64,000 nt of DNA, taken from a virus. The notes under the pieces are model-generated. The model saw nothing but the letters and a program-made list of their open reading frames with translations. It did not search any database and was not told the DNA's origin. The position numbers and the translations under genes are program-made. Positions 37,442-45,708 of the stretch are shown in pieces (positions within the stretch are counted from its first letter, which is position 1; every line of letters starts with the position of its first letter). Location: positions 54,099 to 118,098 of IMG/VR virus record IMGVR_UViG_3300037493_001906. The stretch is one strand, 5' to 3'.

Positions 37442-37888
37442 ATGGCAACTAAATTCACAGCCAAAACCAAGTCCACAGCACGTGGCACGAAGTCTGTTAA
37501 AGAAACAGCTTCCAAATCTGTTAAGCCAACAGGTAATTATTTTATTGACGTAGAATACGTAAAGACCACCTATTATAAGGGGGGTTCTTTATTGCACTAT
37601 GCTGTCACATCAAAACTTTTAGAAGAACAAATTACCCTGATTAAGAAACAAAGAGGGGAACATTATGCTGAAACAGCAAAAAAACAACCAATCATTACTT
37701 CACCTATGAATGGGGGTTTAATCACACAGTTTGAATTTGATGCCAAGGACAAAAAGTTTTATGTCCGTGAAAATGCAAATGTCAAAATGTTTAACACCAT
37801 CAACAAGAAAGTCATTGAAGGTACTATGGCACCAACCATTGCTTCAATGATAATGCAACCATTGCTTGCTGATGCTATGTTGGGTTAA
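37442..37888 (+). CDS. First early gene, hypothetical; paralogous to 38709-39185
   Basis: ORF track; followed by a strong terminator. Confidence 0.7.
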   Translation: MATKFTAKTKSTARGTKSVKETASKSVKPTGNYFIDVEYVKTTYYKGGSLLHYAVTSKLLEEQITLIKKQRGEHYAETAKKQPIITSPMNGGLITQFEFDAKDKKFYVRENANVKMFNTINKKVIEGTMAPTIASMIMQPLLADAMLG

Positions 37889-37895
37889 CCAACCA

Positions 37896-37938
37896 AAGAC
37901 AAGTCTAACCTTAACAGGTTAGGCTTGTCTTTTTTTTT
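37896..37938 (+). terminator. Intrinsic terminator
   Basis: AAGACAAGTCTAACCT-TAAC-AGGTTAGGCTTGTCTT followed by a T run. Confidence 0.9.
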
Positions 37939-38106
37939 GTTTTTTTAAAGGAACACTTCTTTCAAGCCAAGGGTACAGCACATTGTAATCAAAGACTTCT
38001 TACTGTGTCTTGTTGCTTAATAGATAGACTCTCAAAATCCTCTCTCCTGTATTATCTTTGTGGTCTCATATATTATTATTATATTTACTCCTATATATAT
38101 AGTACA

Positions 38107-38406
38107 ATGGATAAGTCTAAGAGAAACAGTTTAGCTGGAAAGAGCACAGGTAAATCTAAATCAGCTAAGTACTTTGCATCACACCCTGAAGCAAGAGCTA
38201 AGAAGAATGATTACAATAAAGTATATCATGCTAGTGATGAGCGTAAGAATTATAGAGAAGAACTTAATAAGGTTAATAGGCGGATTAAAGGCTATGGAGA
38301 TAATAAGGATTTAAGTCATACTAAGTCAGGTAAGTTGGTAGCAGAATCACGCAGCTCTAATAGAGCACGCAATGGTAGAGGCAACAATGCTAGATTAAAA
38401 AGTTAA
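38107..38406 (+). CDS. Small basic HNH-like protein; likely start 38107
   Basis: GYGDNKDLSHTKSGKLV..S.S.NRARNG resembles degenerate HNH motifs; TATCTTTG element at 38053-38060. Confidence 0.5.
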   Translation: MDKSKRNSLAGKSTGKSKSAKYFASHPEARAKKNDYNKVYHASDERKNYREELNKVNRRIKGYGDNKDLSHTKSGKLVAESRSSNRARNGRGNNARLKS

Positions 38407-38561
38407 CTACTTGATTATCAATACACTCTCAAATAATATATGCTCATAAATATAATAGCCTCATTATTAGATAGTTAGTATACTATTTGCATAGGCTGGA
38501 TAACACGTAACTCATTGATAATCAATAGCAGGTTTTTTATATAGGTTATAATGATGATAGT

Positions 38562-38634
38562 AACACTCTTTTCATCCACACTTTTTTCATACACCCACTT
38601 TTAAAACACTCTTTTCATACACTCACTTTTCTTG
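38562..38634 (+). repeat. Direct-repeat cluster (AACACTCTTTTCAT x2; TCAT[AC]CAC x3)
   Basis: Read directly; similar block at 37366-37403. Confidence 0.75.
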
Positions 38635-38708
38635 CACGGGTAGTTATCAGTGTCTATATGCAAAGCGTATATAGTAATTACTAATCAAATGCTAAAAACA
38701 CACAGCAA

Positions 38709-39185
38709 ATGAAAATCAAATCAACAATGGGTAATGGCGTAGGCTATACCAACAAGAATGGCAATGATGTATTTCCTTATGCCATAGTAAGTGCAACTCC
38801 TTCAGAGTTAGCGTTATACAAGAAGATTACACCAAAGGGAGTGTATAAGGAAACTGCAGAAGGACATCCCTTATTCTTTGCGTCAGAGTCTTACGGTGAC
38901 ACTGCTACTTTGCAATTCAACTTTGCCAAGACTAATGTCTATTGTGTAGAGAAGGGTCAAAGAAAGGCAGTCATTAGTCAGATGAAGGCTTCAGGCATTG
39001 ATGTAAACAAGTCTGCTCAGGCAGTGTTGTCACAAATGTTTAGTGGCAAGGCATTTATGTCAGAAAGTACTGAGTCTGAGGCTACTGAAGAGTCTGAGAC
39101 AAAGGTAGAGCCTAAAGCAATGGTAGTGGTTAAGAGAACTGCAACCAAAAAGGTTTCTGCCAAAGGGATTGGTAAGGTAATGTAA
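38709..39185 (+). CDS. Early hypothetical protein; paralogous to 37442-37888
   Basis: ORF track. Confidence 0.7.
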   Translation: MKIKSTMGNGVGYTNKNGNDVFPYAIVSATPSELALYKKITPKGVYKETAEGHPLFFASESYGDTATLQFNFAKTNVYCVEKGQRKAVISQMKASGIDVNKSAQAVLSQMFSGKAFMSESTESEATEESETKVEPKAMVVVKRTATKKVSAKGIGKVM

Positions 39186-39198
39186 TCCCAAGCAATAT

Positions 39199-39231
39199 AA
39201 CAAGGCTAATCTTCATAGGTTAGCCTTGTTT
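39199..39231 (+). terminator. Intrinsic terminator similar in sequence to 37896
   Basis: AACAAGGCTAATCT-TCAT-AGGTTAGCCTTGTT. Confidence 0.8.
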
Positions 39232-39369
39232 ATGTTGTGACAAAAATTATTTTTACTGAAGACTTGAACTAAAAGTTTAAGTAACACGCTCTAACTAACT
39301 GATAATGAGAGAGTTAGTTAGTGAGAAACAAACTCTCTCAAAAACAAACCAATTCAAAAAACCACTCAA

Positions 39370-39546
39370 ATGGCAGCAATAATAGATTTATTAGAAGAGT
39401 ATATAGCTAATACTAACACAGTAATAGTTAAAACAGATATTAAAAGAGCTCATATAGATACTGAGCTTAGTCCTTATGATGTTAATGAGGACTTAGAGAA
39501 AGACTATCCTGAACTATCTAGTAGTTTGTATTCTCTTAGTGTATAG
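39370..39546 (+). CDS. 58-aa acidic protein
   Basis: MAAIIDLLEEYIANTNTVIVKTDIKELHIDTELSPYDVNEDLEKDYPELSSSLYSLSV*. Confidence 0.55.
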   Translation: MAAIIDLLEEYIANTNTVIVKTDIKRAHIDTELSPYDVNEDLEKDYPELSSSLYSLSV

Positions 39547-39688
39547 AGGGTAGGAAGATAATAGTCACCAAGGCTTTGGTAAGAATAACCAAGGCCCTTA
39601 TTTTAACTCTTTTATGTTCCTAACATAGAGTATAAAGAATGTTAAATACAAGGAGTGCATGGTAGCTCAAACTCAAAAACTATTTATT

Positions 39689-39880
39689 ATGCACAAATCA
39701 TTTTTAATTCAAAGACTTTCTGATGGATTATTTTATAACCTTAATGGGCAATGGGATAAAAGAATTATAGGATTAACTTCTAGTTTTGTTTCTAAAGAAG
39801 ATGCATTATCCTATTTAGAAAACATTTATGAAATAAATCAAGACTATACAATAGTTGAAATTTATTATTCTTTTAAGTAA
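39689..39880 (+). CDS. Hypothetical protein; likely start 39689 (MHKSF)
   Basis: ORF track, trimmed. Confidence 0.55.
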   Translation: MHKSFLIQRLSDGLFYNLNGQWDKRIIGLTSSFVSKEDALSYLENIYEINQDYTIVEIYYSFK

Positions 39881-40211
39881 CAACTTTGAGTTCAGGGAAG
39901 ATAACTTCAAACCTGAACTTATTATCTAGAATTCTAGTTATTACTCACAGGTAAAACCTGTACAGATATACAGGCCCTATACTAGATAGGTTATACAATC
40001 TAATATGTAACTTCAATTGACAACGGCCTCAGTACGTGGAGTTCCTTAAGTCCAGCCAAGGTGTAATCAGGAATGATTGCTAGGGTCAGACTCCACCAGT
40101 TATTCTCAAACACTGCCACAAACTTAAACTTTATCATTACCTAATAAGAGAATAGGGATAAAGTTATTATATTTATAGAGTCTTGGGTTTCTTGATAGGG
40201 TTCCCAAGGCT

Positions 40212-40396
40212 CTATTCTCTTTGCACACTCATTAGTGAGCAGTTGTAATATGGGTAGTAGCAATGTGTCTACGTAATAGAACCTGTAACTTGCATAATAG
40301 CTCTACACTTCACTTTAGAGATTTAGGTAATCCATTAATTGGAATCCTGAAGTGTGTATCTATCAAGTAGTATTACAATTGAGTGCAGAGGGGTAG
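40212..40396 (+). ncRNA. Structured RNA motif, copy 1 (three-way junction)
   Basis: GTGAGCAGTTGTAATA (40235-40250) ... TATTACAATTGAGTGCAGAGGG (40371-40392); closing stem CTCTTTGCAC/GTGCAGAGG. Confidence 0.6.
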
Positions 40397-40481
40397 TCCA
40401 AATTTAACTGATTATTAGACTTTAAATATTAGAATCAGTCCTTGAGAGTGGTGGTTTGTAGAAATACAATAAACTCTTATT

Positions 40482-40760
40482 TAATGCACCACAACTCACG
40501 TGGATATAAAGACTTCTTATAAAATATCGTACAGTTTGAATCTGTAGATTGGGCCCAACGCAGGGATTTAAGATGTGAAACCACAATGATTAAGAAACAG
40601 AAACAATACAAGTAATTCTTGTTGGACACACAGAAACATTTAATCATTCTCCCAAGGGTGAGCAGTTGTAATAACTACAGAGCCACTGTATCATGAAAAC
40701 CTTTTATTTAGGGATACAACCTACTGACAATAGATTATTACAACTGAGTGCAGAGGGTAT
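40482..40760 (+). ncRNA. Structured RNA motif, copy 2 (twister-like blocks)
   Basis: Identical 16-nt 5' core at 40658-40673 and 3' core at 40736-40757 (21/22 identical to copy 1); different insert. Confidence 0.55.
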
Positions 40761-40829
40761 TTAATTATTAAGCTCATAAAGATTGTATTTAAACTTATAA
40801 TAAATTAAACAATTTAAAACCAACTCAAA

Positions 40830-40961
40830 ATGGAAACACTCACTGTATTATTAGTAGCCACACTATGTACCATTGGTATGTTTGCTCTGGCAATAGGACT
40901 TGTAACATTAGCAATCAAGTTAGACACTTTTATTTATAACTACTTAAACAACTCAAAATGA
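40830..40961 (+). CDS. 43-aa membrane peptide
   Basis: METLTVLLVATLCTIGMFALAIGLVTLAIKLDTFIYNYLNNSK*. Confidence 0.55.
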   Translation: METLTVLLVATLCTIGMFALAIGLVTLAIKLDTFIYNYLNNSK

Positions 40962-41182
40962 AATCAACTCTTATTATGCTATCCTTTATTGGTAGTTTCC
41001 TAGCAACTTGGTTGATACTAGGATTTATAGTTTATATGGTATCATATATAGACTATGTAGAATGTCTACGTCATACAGGTGTATTACTAGCAATGTTCTT
41101 TGTTGGTTGGGTACCTGCCATATTTGTAGCATATGATGTAGAAGAACTATTGAAGAATAAACAATCTCAATCTAATGGGTAA
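40958..41182 (+). CDS. 2-TM membrane protein
   Basis: ORF track; hydrophobic. Confidence 0.6.
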   Translation: MKSTLIMLSFIGSFLATWLILGFIVYMVSYIDYVECLRHTGVLLAMFFVGWVPAIFVAYDVEELLKNKQSQSNG

Positions 41183-41294
41183 GTATAGCAAACAAGATGT
41201 AAAGAACTTTGGTAAATCCAAGGTTCTTTATACACCCAAGAAAGAGTATAATTATTCAGAGATGCCCTCTATTAGAAAGGCACTAAGTAAATAA
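41175..41294 (+). CDS. 39-aa basic peptide
   Basis: MGKYSKQDVKNFGKSKVLYTPKKEYNYSEMPSIRKALSK*. Confidence 0.45.
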   Translation: MGKYSKQDVKNFGKSKVLYTPKKEYNYSEMPSIRKALSK

Positions 41295-41297
41295 ATT

Positions 41298-41328
41298 AAG
41301 GACATAATCAGAAATGATTGTGTCCTTT
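41298..41328 (+). terminator. Intrinsic terminator
   Basis: AAGGACATAATCA-GAAA-TGATTGTGTCCTT-T. Confidence 0.8.
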
Positions 41329-41464
41329 AATAATATTTTATTTTAATCCATCAAATAAATTAAGCACACGCTCTCTAAATTCTCTCATTCTTTAAAGTTT
41401 ATTACTCTTTAAAGTTTACTATCATCATAATCCTTAAATCAATTAATCCTAAAAACACACACAA

Positions 41465-41734
41465 ATGCAAATCTTTATTCTTATTGCTATGTCTGCTTAT
41501 ATAAGTATGACAACCACTCTTATTGTCAAAGACATGGAGAAACCTATGACCAAAACAGTTTACCTTAAAGGTACAATTAAATCTGATGAAGAGTTTATGG
41601 ATGTACAAGAGTACCATGAATCAGATGACCTAGTTAAATCTACAAAAGATAGCCTTATTTATGTTAATAAGACCTCTCCTGATGCAGATACCCTTTACTT
41701 ATACTCAATTTCTAACTTAAAAAACATTAAATAA
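41465..41734 (+). CDS. Signal-anchored/exported protein
   Basis: Hydrophobic N-terminus. Confidence 0.55.
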   Translation: MQIFILIAMSAYISMTTTLIVKDMEKPMTKTVYLKGTIKSDEEFMDVQEYHESDDLVKSTKDSLIYVNKTSPDADTLYLYSISNLKNIK

Positions 41735-41735
41735 A

Positions 41736-42272
41736 ATGAAAAAACTACTATTAATTAGTGTTATTGCTATAGCGGCAATGCAAGTAAATGCTCAAGATTC
41801 CACCAAAGTTGTCATTAACAAAGATTCAGTTTATGTTATACAAAACATAGATGAATTAGCCAATAAGACTATGTATTGGGCGAATAAATTACTTGTCATA
41901 ACAGATGGTAATCACACAGGGTTTGGTCTAAATATCCACATTGGCAAAGAAGGAGAACCATCAATGCTTACATCTAAATCTGTTAATATAGGTAGGTGTA
42001 CAGAAAAAGATGAGTTAATTATGTTGTTTGCAAATGGAGAAAAGATTATTGTTAAAAGCTGGGCTGACTTTAATTGTAAAGGTACTGGATACTATAATTT
42101 AACAGATTCACAATATGATTTGCTAAGGCATGTTGAAATAAAGACTATCAGAATAACCAATGGTCGTAGCTATGAATCTTACACAGCAACAGTTCCAAAT
42201 AAAAGTAGCAGATATTTTATTCAAGTGCTATATGCGTTAGACCATAAGCTATATAAAACAGTTAAAGAATAA
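41736..42272 (+). CDS. Secreted protein with a Bacteroidota-type Sec signal (..VNA|QD)
   Basis: MKKLLLISVIAIAAMQVNAQ. Confidence 0.7.
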   Translation: MKKLLLISVIAIAAMQVNAQDSTKVVINKDSVYVIQNIDELANKTMYWANKLLVITDGNHTGFGLNIHIGKEGEPSMLTSKSVNIGRCTEKDELIMLFANGEKIIVKSWADFNCKGTGYYNLTDSQYDLLRHVEIKTIRITNGRSYESYTATVPNKSSRYFIQVLYALDHKLYKTVKE

Positions 42273-42279
42273 TAACAAA

Positions 42280-42385
42280 GTCAGGTGGCGGAATTGGTAG
42301 ACGCAAGTATCATCATTACTACTGCGGGGGAGCCGATAATCAACGAAGGTAGGTCCCGTGTACAGGTTTAAATCCTGTCCTGACA
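42280..42385 (+). tRNA. Degenerate tRNA-Leu-like element (pseudo-tRNA)
   Basis: GTCAGG-TG-GCGGAATTGGTAGACGC D arm; ACAGG-TTTAAAT-CCTGT T arm; CCTGAC; no canonical anticodon loop; no CCA. Confidence 0.55.
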
Positions 42386-42388
42386 AAA

Positions 42389-42457
42389 TAGCCAAGTAGC
42401 ATACTTACTTATGTGATACTGTAAAAATGTGGGTTTGATTCCCACCTTGGCTACAAA
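42389..42457 (+). tRNA. Truncated tRNA-like element (Tyr-like CTGTAAA loop sequence, no anticodon stem)
   Basis: TAGCCAAG/CTTGGCTA acceptor; GTGGG-TTTGATT-CCCAC T arm. Confidence 0.5.
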
Positions 42458-42499
42458 AAACAATTAGCTATATAATACACACTCAAAAACCAAAACAAA

Positions 42500-43441
42500 A
42501 TGACAAAACTAGACATGTTCAATGCAATTGTAGACGTATATTCTACAAGAATGCCTCTATACTCAGAGACAATTAAAGAAGGATTTATTAGTAAAACCTT
42601 TTTAAACTATGATGACAAAGGTAATATGGCTAAGGTAAAGCAATTAGCTTTTGTAGAAAAGAAAAACCATACAGAAGTTATGCAAAATGTACCTGGACCA
42701 TGGGCTAAAGTATTTGTTTCAGTTAACTATAATCCTATAGCTGACAAATTAAATATTAATGAGCTCCATTCAGGGTATGCATATGCAGGTAGAAAGCATA
42801 GAATATATCCTATTAGTAGGAAAACTAATTTAGTTACTTATACCAAGGAAATATATCTGTTTGGTGGTGAGAAAAGGAATAAGCCAAGAAGATTTAAAGG
42901 CTATGCTATCCCTTATATGCCATTGAATGCTCAGGAAGCAGTTAAATGTATGCTTAATATAAGCCAAGCCATGTGCCCTGTTCTACCTGTATCTCTTAAG
43001 CATTATGTAAATGCAGAGAGTGAATGGGAAGCTATGGAATCTGCTCTAGGTTATACAATATCAAGATCATTAAGGAAACTATCTTCTAAAGATGTATACA
43101 TGATCCTTAATAGTTTTGCTAACCCACAAGATAGACTTAGATATAGTCTATATGTAGCAGACTGTTCTCATGAAACTAATGATGAATTAATAGAACAGAA
43201 CGGCTACTCAAATGGTATTGCTTATGGTTTATTAGGTCATATGTTATGTGTAGATAATCTATATCATCATTGGAATATAATGGAGTGGATTGAGTTAAAG
43301 AATAAAACTAATCAGAAGATTGTTATAAGACCAATGGATATAAAGGAGATAATATCTGAATGCAATACTATGAGAGAAAAACTTTATAATATAAATCATA
43401 GTAAAGTAGAGGTAGTAGAACAGGAACTATTAGATGTATAA
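42500..43441 (+). CDS. Hypothetical protein
   Basis: ORF track, 313 aa. Confidence 0.65.
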   Translation: MTKLDMFNAIVDVYSTRMPLYSETIKEGFISKTFLNYDDKGNMAKVKQLAFVEKKNHTEVMQNVPGPWAKVFVSVNYNPIADKLNINELHSGYAYAGRKHRIYPISRKTNLVTYTKEIYLFGGEKRNKPRRFKGYAIPYMPLNAQEAVKCMLNISQAMCPVLPVSLKHYVNAESEWEAMESALGYTISRSLRKLSSKDVYMILNSFANPQDRLRYSLYVADCSHETNDELIEQNGYSNGIAYGLLGHMLCVDNLYHHWNIMEWIELKNKTNQKIVIRPMDIKEIISECNTMREKLYNINHSKVEVVEQELLDV

Positions 43442-43447
43442 CACAAC

Positions 43448-43476
43448 AGCAGGTTAGCTTAGGTCAGCCTGCTTTT
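43448..43476 (+). terminator. Intrinsic terminator
   Basis: AGCAGGTTAGC-TTAG-GTCAGCCTGCT-TTT. Confidence 0.65.
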
Positions 43477-43488
43477 ATATTAATTTAT

Positions 43489-43959
43489 ATGGAAGAAGTA
43501 GTAAACATTAGTATTACAAAAGAACAAATCTTTAAGAAATTAAAGTCAATATTAAAGAATGAACACGCTCATCTTATCTCAAAAATAATTATAGATAATC
43601 TTGCTATTACAGAAGTAGGACTCTCTCAATTATACAAATCATTTACTGGGGTAGAAGACACTGTAGATTTTAGGCTTGGAGATGAAGTATATGTTGAGTG
43701 GAATCAACTAAATACTTGGAGATTTAATAAAGATAAAATGATTGCCAATGGTTTACTTGAACAAGGAGTCGTCAGGTGTACCATAATTGAAATAAATATG
43801 TGTAGAAACTGTAGTATTCAAATATCTCATCCCTATTATAGAGATGCAGATGATGAGATACAAACAGACACAACTTGGGTTTCTCCTACTAAGATTACCC
43901 CTGCTGATGATGGAATAATAGACTCAGATTTTAAATTAAACAATGAATTACCATTCTAA
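43489..43959 (+). CDS. Hypothetical protein (SSB-like acidic tail NNELPF)
   Basis: ORF track. Confidence 0.6.
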   Translation: MEEVVNISITKEQIFKKLKSILKNEHAHLISKIIIDNLAITEVGLSQLYKSFTGVEDTVDFRLGDEVYVEWNQLNTWRFNKDKMIANGLLEQGVVRCTIIEINMCRNCSIQISHPYYRDADDEIQTDTTWVSPTKITPADDGIIDSDFKLNNELPF

Positions 43960-43961
43960 TT

Positions 43962-44150
43962 ATGGAAGAGATTAAAGAAAAAAAAGCTAAAAGAAAATAT
44001 GCCTACCTAGATAGACATGAAGCATTAATAGAAATAGTAGAAGAACAAGGCTCTAGAATAAATAGATTAGAGAATAGTCAAATCCTTAGTCACATTGTCT
44101 TAGGGTTATTAGTCATCTATTGTATAATAGATTTTCTCTATTTAAACTAA
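43962..44150 (+). CDS. Small protein with C-terminal TM
   Basis: ORF track. Confidence 0.55.
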   Translation: MEEIKEKKAKRKYAYLDRHEALIEIVEEQGSRINRLENSQILSHIVLGLLVIYCIIDFLYLN

Positions 44151-44237
44151 TAGTTGTAAGTAAACTAAATTTATTATATTTGTAGCTTATAATAGTATCA
44201 TAATAGTATCAAAGTTACTATCATCACTACAACAACC

Positions 44238-44525
44238 ATGATCTACTCACTACCAAATGGAAAAGTAATTTATCTCTCAATAGAAGAGTACTTGGACTTA
44301 AGTGACCAAGACATACAATTCTTGATGAGTATAAATGCAGGAGAATACAGTAGAGGACCTTGGCAAGGCTCTAGTATTAGGAAACCTAAAAAGGAAGTAG
44401 AAGATGAAGAAGAAATTGATACTTCTATAGACTATCAATATGAGGATGAAGACAAAATCATTAGCAATGAAGTCCCTCTAGAAGAAGTAATAGATGAGGT
44501 ATTAGATATACCTGAAGAAGAATAA
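44238..44525 (+). CDS. Acidic hypothetical protein
   Basis: YSLPNGKVIYLSIEEYLDLSD; TATATTTG promoter element upstream (~44176). Confidence 0.65.
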   Translation: MIYSLPNGKVIYLSIEEYLDLSDQDIQFLMSINAGEYSRGPWQGSSIRKPKKEVEDEEEIDTSIDYQYEDEDKIISNEVPLEEVIDEVLDIPEEE

Positions 44526-44545
44526 AAAATATTAATAAATATGCT

Positions 44546-44574
44546 AAAGGCAGGAATAGACTCCCTGCCTTTTT
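44546..44574 (+). terminator. Intrinsic terminator
   Basis: AAAGGCAGG...CCTGCCTTTTT. Confidence 0.7.
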
Positions 44575-44625
44575 GCATTTATACCAAGTGAGTCTAATAA
44601 AAAAACAATTTAATAACAAAACAAA

Positions 44626-45135
44626 ATGAACAGTAAAGTGAAAGTAACTGCAGATGAAGCAGGAAATGTAGTTGTACCATCAACTAACAACTCTGAGTAT
44701 GGTCACATACGTGTAGAGCAAACACGTGCAATATTTGATGATAAGGGTTTTGCCCGTATTAAATCAATAAGTGCTCTAATTCCAGGATTAATTCAAGATT
44801 TGCGTTCCTTTGAGTGGAAAGCAGGTCAAGAAATTGAAGGTAAAATTATTGCTAAAGAATCTTTAACTCCTTTCAATCCAAAAGATCCTGAAAGAGATTA
44901 TAAAGTAGCAGGTAAAACAGGTATTGTTTGCTGTATTGATGGTCAACCCATCTATAGAAAAACATTTTATGTGGCTGATTCAAATTCTCAAGATGTATTT
45001 GTTTATGATGAGAAAGGAAATCCAGTAAGTCATAACAATGGAGAAGCAATTCGTGTTGCCTACAAACAATTAGCAGAAAAAGATTCTAAGAAATCTACAA
45101 GAACAATTAGAGCAAGAGGATTTGATGCTCTATAA
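44626..45135 (+). CDS. Conserved beta-rich protein (possible ssDNA-binding)
   Basis: GHIRVEQ...DGQPIYRKTFY; has its own terminator at 45155-45186. Confidence 0.5.
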   Translation: MNSKVKVTADEAGNVVVPSTNNSEYGHIRVEQTRAIFDDKGFARIKSISALIPGLIQDLRSFEWKAGQEIEGKIIAKESLTPFNPKDPERDYKVAGKTGIVCCIDGQPIYRKTFYVADSNSQDVFVYDEKGNPVSHNNGEAIRVAYKQLAEKDSKKSTRTIRARGFDAL

Positions 45136-45216
45136 TAAGTAATTCAATTATTTAAAAAGGGTGGCTATTAATTTAGTCACCCTTTTATATTTATTAATCT
45201 TAAAAACCAATTCAAA

Positions 45217-45708
45217 ATGACACAGACTCCTATGTATGAAGGAAAACACAGTAACCAACAAGTAAATGGCAATAGTTTTAAAGGAAAAAAGTATAGTTTG
45301 GTGGAGTATACAGCTCTGAATAATGTCCAAACTTTCCTGTATAACAGAGCTTTATTTGGTTTGGCAGTATACACCCAGGAAGAAATCAAAGAGATGCACT
45401 GGGAAAAAAGAAAACGCATTCTCAAAGTGCATAGACGTGCACAAACCACTCTGAATATTTGGAAACAACAAGTCACAAATGTTTTAAGTTCAAACATTTT
45501 TAGTACCTTGTTTCCAAAATCCTCATTGGCTAAAGCCTTTATTGAGACAACAGAAGATGTTGATCCAGAGTACATTAACAAAATGACTTTCAAAGAGTTG
45601 GGTATATCTAAAAAGAATGTTATAGATAAACTAATTACTGATGGAGTATTACCTATTAATTTTTACCAACTAAAACAAGAAGAAATATGCAAGTCCAATT
45701 TGTGCTAA
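45217..45708 (+). CDS. Hypothetical protein
   Basis: ORF track. Confidence 0.65.
   Translation: MTQTPMYEGKHSNQQVNGNSFKGKKYSLVEYTALNNVQTFLYNRALFGLAVYTQEEIKEMHWEKRKRILKVHRRAQTTLNIWKQQVTNVLSSNIFSTLFPKSSLAKAFIETTEDVDPEYINKMTFKELGISKKNVIDKLITDGVLPINFYQLKQEEICKSNLC

Noticed and set aside
38005-38106. N-terminal extension of the HNH-like ORF (MSCCLIDR...YYYYIYSY)
   Set aside because: It spans a TATCTTTG promoter element and low-complexity AT DNA.
42280-42457. Functional tRNA-Leu and tRNA-Tyr genes
   Set aside because: Anticodon arms are non-canonical or absent, T-loop C is mutated and CCA is missing; reported as tRNA-like only.
44189-44211. Tandem ATAATAGTATC x2
   Set aside because: Only two short AT-rich copies; likely slippage.
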